DNA of 58,731 nucleotides, filler included, from Sluysia triapertura (lineage: Eukaryota), in the NCBI GenBank assembly GCA_046118255.1. It is 4 parts of 4 records of this genome, joined end to end, with 100 filler letters (N's around TTAATTAATTAA, not from the genome) between each part and the next. Parts side by side here need not be neighbours in the genome. Positions count along the whole stretch, not along the records: positions 44,925 to 58,731 come from JBJNIA010018854.1; 3 more parts are not named here. One strand, written 5' to 3'. The notes beneath the pieces are model-generated. The model searched no databases. It saw nothing but the letters and a program-made list of their open reading frames with translations, and was not told where the DNA came from. The position numbers were made by a program, and so were the translations under genes. Shown one piece after another: positions 54,448 to 58,731 of the stretch. Positions within the stretch are counted from its first letter, which is position 1. Every line of letters begins with the position of its first letter.

Positions 54448-55278
54448 GATTCTAAAATACATTCTGAATGTCATTATACTGTTCCTTTTAAATGTCATCG
54501 TTTTTACCGTATATCCAAGAATGTAATATTATTTCATCGGTACCTAGCAATTCAATGTTTCACAAATATTCCAATAAAGCATTAATTTCAAGTCAACGCA
54601 TTAGAACGGCATTGTGCCCATATAGTAGTGATCTAAATGTTAGGTATACGAAATTCGATGTTTAGATGTTTAAATTTGAACTTTTGACACCAATTTTGAG
54701 GTTGAAAAGGTTTTAGTGCTAAATATATATTTAAGTAATTTGTGATGTTAAAAGATTGAAACCAGTTTGTATGTTTTATAATGTTTACAAGTTGATTCGA
54801 TGTTCTATGTTTGACTGTAGTACTCAGTTGACAATTATTCATCGGTGTATTAGTTAGACCGATTGAATTAAAGGTTAAATCGACTAAATTTAATTTAATT
54901 ATTAAGGTTCTAATATTTATCAATATCATAATATGTGTAAATTTAACTTTCGAATCATTAAGACAAGAGATTATAAACTCAGGAAGAAAATAGTTATCGA
55001 AAATAAATATCGAAAGATTTATATTGTATCAATTCATAACTTGAAAATTCATCTCTATTATGATTTACATCAAAATTCCTAGATTATATTATGAATATTA
55101 CAAAGTTTATTTTTCTCATAAAATTACATAAAAACATATAAAACTTAAAAAAGAGCATTTTATTGAACATTAAAATAGGTCTGGTATCAAGCCCTAAATT
55201 TTCTACTAGCTTCATGTAATTCATTACTGGACCGTATTGTACTTCGCTGATCATTGACTTATACTTATTATTTAAAAT

Positions 55279-55581
55279 TTAAAATGTGATATATTTGTAA
55301 TTAAGTCTTACATGATAGTTCGACCGATTATTAGGAGAATCATTGAATTCATTCGAATGTATTGAATATTGATTAAAAGCTTCAAAAACTATTGTTAATT
55401 TTTTTGGCATAAACTCAAATGAATTATTGAGAATAATAACATCGACAGATTCCGATAAATAGATATCACCAAAAATTACATATATTTTGTACTGAATGAG
55501 CATTAACAATTGTTTCGCTCTCTTGGACTCTAAATAGTATTGAACGAAGATCTTTGTGTATGGGATCAGTGGAATCCGCAT
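55279..55581 (-). CDS. Hypothetical cargo ORF downstream of the Rab27-like ORF
   Basis: 100-aa ATG ORF starting 38 bp after the upstream stop; AATAAA on the minus strand at ~55159-55164. Confidence 0.3.
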   Translation of the reverse strand: MRIPLIPYTKIFVQYYLESKRAKQLLMLIQYKIYVIFGDIYLSESVDVIILNNSFEFMPKKLTIVFEAFNQYSIHSNEFNDSPNNRSNYHVRLNYKYITF

Positions 55582-55618
55582 GATACTATTAATATAACTT
55601 GAAATATAGCTTGTGGAG

Positions 55619-56080
55619 TTAGAAAAATAAATGAAATAAATGAAGTTTTTGTAAATTATGTTTTACTTTGAATTGACTGTGAATTAAATAACCTTTGATA
55701 ATTGAATTGCCATGTGCATAACTCGGTAATTGATAATTTTCAATTTTAATTGTGACGATGTTGATGATGTTACCATAAAATGAAACTTCGTCCAATCCAG
55801 CTGTAAGAGCATATCTAATTGATCTTTCTTGTCTAACAGCATCGCATAATAGTAAATGTAACTTTTGACGTTGACCTAATAAACCATCTGAATTATTAAT
55901 ATATTTTCGAATTATACGTTTTCGCCAACAATCAACTCCAACTATAGATGTAAATCGAGGAGTGAAAGTACAATTTGAATACTGATACAATAAACTTGTT
56001 TTACCAACAATACTATCAACTAATAGTAAAGGTTTAATTAAATAATCGTAGTCATCATTGGAAAAAAGATCACCCATCAT
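55619..56080 (-). pseudogene. Rab27-derived chimeric ORF (degenerate N-terminal ~86 aa of Rab27 fused to an unrelated tail)
   Basis: DYDYLIKPLLLVDSIVGKTSLLYQYSNCTFTPRFTSIVGVDCWRKRI…DGLLGQRQKLHLLLCDAVRQER versus Rab27 [47 protein letters not shown]…GQRIHLQLWDTAGQER, including the Rab27-specific insertion. G4/G5 and the prenylation motif are absent. Confidence 0.88.
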
Positions 56081-56221
56081 TAACAGTTTAATATTTTTTA
56101 ACTATACTTTTTATTAAAGATTTCTTAATATTTTTTTGTGTTTTTCACTTGTTACTTGAAATGATAAATTATGCTCTTTTCATTTTTAAAAATTTTTCAT
56201 ACCAGTATCATTTAATTTGTT

Positions 56222-56660
56222 TCTGTTGGTCATCCAATCAGAGCTTTCAAAGAAAATATCGAACAGTATTAACTCTGATTGGGTGGCCATTAAAAATCAA
56301 CAATTGAATAGAAAAGACAAAAATTAGATGTAGATAACCATCATCAGTGTTGACAAGATATTGATAGTCATGATTAAAACGTCAACTCTGGTTATGGTAG
56401 TAACAATTTTCTGAANNNNNNNNNNNNNNNNNNNNNNNNNNNNNNNNNNNNNNNNNNNNNNNNNNNNNNNNNNNNNNNNNNNNNNNNNNNNNNNNNNNNN
56501 NNNNNNNNNNNNNNNNNNNNNNNNNNNNNNNNNNNNNNNNNNNNNNNNNNNNNNNNNNNNNNNNNNNNCTCTGTTTTAGTTTTTTACACGAACTTTACTT
56601 TGAATTTCTTAATTTTCTGAACATATTTGAAATAATTTAGGCTTGAGATCTTTAAGTAAA
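56222..56660 (-). mobile_element. Long terminal arm D (inner part; contains a gap, outer part not seen)
   Basis: Hairpin 1 TGGTCATCCAATCAGAG/CTCTGATTGGGTGGCCA (56227-56289), hairpin 2 ACCATCATCAGTGTTGAC/GTCAACTCTGGTTATGGT (56337-56398). After the gap, AACTTT…AATT…TTTCTGAACATATTT matches the reverse complement of ~53095-53160. Confidence 0.75.
56416..56568. other. Assembly gap
   Basis: Run of N. Confidence 0.98.
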
Positions 56661-56964
56661 CTTGTTTTTGGATTGGTTTAGTGGTACAGTGACAAGAGAT
56701 TAATAAATTAAATAAAATTAGAATCAAAATGTTGATAATAACAATTATTATTATTGTTGTTTTCCTATCTTCAAAAAATATCAGTTCTATTAGCTAAAAT
56801 AATACTATAATTTTGTTCTCTTATACATCTATGTATGCAAATATTAATTCGTTAAAATAATGAATAGGGACTTCATTTTTTACCTTAAAACAACTAACAG
56901 TTATGATACTTCACCACGTTACAATCAATTCTCTATTTTCTAATTGCTCAATTTCTAAAAAAGC

Positions 56965-57400
56965 AGGTAAAACTGGAAGGTTGCTGGACCTCCTGTCAAT
57001 CCAAAAGGAAGGACATAAAATTCGAATAGGCCATTATGTGTAACAAATGCAGTTTTGAATTTATCTTTTTCCTTAATTTTCATTGTCAATAACCTGATGT
57101 AAATCTATAGATGTAAATTAACTTAATTATTAAGTTTATCTAACATCTCATCAATTATTGATAATAGAAAAGTATCGTTCTTTGTAAATATGTTTAATTT
57201 TCTATAATCTACACAAAATCGGAATTTTTCATATCTTTTTCACCATTACTATTAGAGAAGCCCACGTTGAAAAACTGCGACGTATTACTTGATTTTGTTT
57301 CATACTTTCAATTTGTTTAGTAACTTCTTCTGTAGGAGCGTATGGCAATCTATACGGTTTTTGTTTTATAGGATTATGATATTTTATAATATTGGTTCTT
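56965..57400 (-). mobile_element. Gypsy/Ty3 reverse transcriptase remnant
   Basis: PIKQKPYRLPY…EEVTKQIESM…WASLIVMVKK…RFCVDYRKLN…KDKFKTAFVTHNGLFEFYVLPFGLTGGPATFQ, with frameshifts. Confidence 0.92.
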
Positions 57401-57839
57401 CCCGTTAAGTATTAATTTTTTTGGGAATCTGCAAAAAGATTTTGTTTTATTTGTTTTAGTTATTTGCTTTTAATTTATTATTCTTATTATACTAATATTA
57501 TAAAAAAATAAATTAAAAAAGAAATAGAAATTTAATTCTATTTAAAATTATTGAAGAAAATTATTTTTGTTTAAATGTTCAAAAATTATTAAAATTCATA
57601 AAGAAAATAAAGGTAAGTATTATTTTAATTTTTATTTTTTAGAAAAGAAATTATTAATATAAAGAAGATATTAAATTATTAAATTTATTTAAGAAAGGAA
57701 TTATTAAATTATTTTAATAAAATTATAAGACATTGTAAGTAAAAATTAATATAAATACGAGAAATATAGAAAAAAAATTAAAATCTTTTTGAAGTTTACA
57801 TTTCGTTAAAAGAAGAGCTTTTGCCATTAATTTGCATTT

Positions 57840-58174
57840 GTCCATGGCCAAGTAATTAATTTTTGTATAGGGTTTCTAAATTGTTTCACTTTAATAAGAA
57901 ACATAACTTCGACTTCAAATCTTTTTTGATTTCATGCAACACCTTAATACGAGTTGCGAAAACTTAACTTAAAATCTTTGAGTAGTTAATTAAAATATTA
58001 TTTTTATAATTTTTTACCATTTGTAAGGATTAACTTTTTATTTGTATGGCATTAATACACTTTAAGTGTTTTTGTTATTAATTTAAAATTCATTTTGTGA
58101 AGCAACACCTTAATACGGGCTGCGTAATTATAAAATATAAAATTTCGGTTAAACAACACCTACTAAAGGGTTAC
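57840..58174 (-). mobile_element. Possible 5' LTR and PBS of the Gypsy remnant
   Basis: The minus strand begins TGTAACCC and ends …AATTACT followed by TGG. Internal direct repeat GCAACACCTTAATACGRGYTGCG at ~57937 and ~58102. Confidence 0.3.
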
Positions 58175-58520
58175 ATCATAATGTGATGACATAGTATTTT
58201 ACATAGTAATACATTAACCATTTGATGCACTTTATGAAATTTATTTGCACACATTATGAAATTTATCGATGATTGTTTATTGTATAGTTATTTGTTTTAA
58301 ATGATTTTTGATTATCTTTCATTGATATTTATTACCTATTATTGACGACTTATTATTATTTTAAAAAAAGGAATTAATCAAATAATCAAAAAGTAAGATT
58401 TTACATACTATTATTATAAAATTATACCTAATTAAAAGATTAATTTTAAATATTATCAATTATTTTATAAAATCATACTTAATTAAAAAATTAATTTTAA
58501 ATTTGTTTTAAAATATTAGT

Positions 58521-58556
58521 TTTGTTTTAGTCTGACCATGGTCGGACTAAAACAAA
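58521..58556. repeat. 36 bp near-perfect palindrome
   Basis: TTTGTTTTAGTCTGACCATGGTCGGACTAAAACAAA has one T/G mismatch and no loop. Confidence 0.85.
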
Positions 58557-58731
58557 TATAAATAGAAGTAGCTTTTTAACTTAAACACACAATTATTAAC
58601 AGCATAACTATTAACCGAACTTTTAACTAACATTATCGACACTATCAAGACAACTTCCTCAGTGACAGGAATCAAATTCAATTTTGATCTTTTTATATCA
58701 TACAATTACGTTAGTTTATTTTTATAAGGAA

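Overview
Very AT-rich, intron-containing animal (invertebrate-type) genomic scaffold with four assembly gaps, three carrying an artificial TTAATTAATTAA linker. Supported host genes, all on the minus strand: two exons of an MFSD4-like MFS transporter, the last five exons of a glutamate decarboxylase (Gad1-like), and a compact two-exon gene with the motif set of RHINO/RHNO1. Most of the rest is decayed mobile DNA: a full-length DD39D mariner, a NeSL/Utopia-type non-LTR element joined to a tRNA-Ala-like repeat, piggyBac, Tc1/mariner and Gypsy remnants, MITEs, LTR-like repeats, a ~2 kb imperfect palindrome and a dispersed stem-loop motif. The most unusual signal is four copies of a ~0.9-1.1 kb arm: terminal CTRTGGTGGCCAACC, a strand-skewed tract, then two conserved hairpins, one built from inverted CCAAT-like boxes. 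Each arm sits just upstream of different inward-facing ORFs. Two arms face each other (52590-~56660) and enclose convergent cargo ORFs, one a degenerate captured Rab27 fragment. This looks like a gene-capturing, possibly promoter-donating element family. All family calls are from motif recognition by eye; no searches were run.
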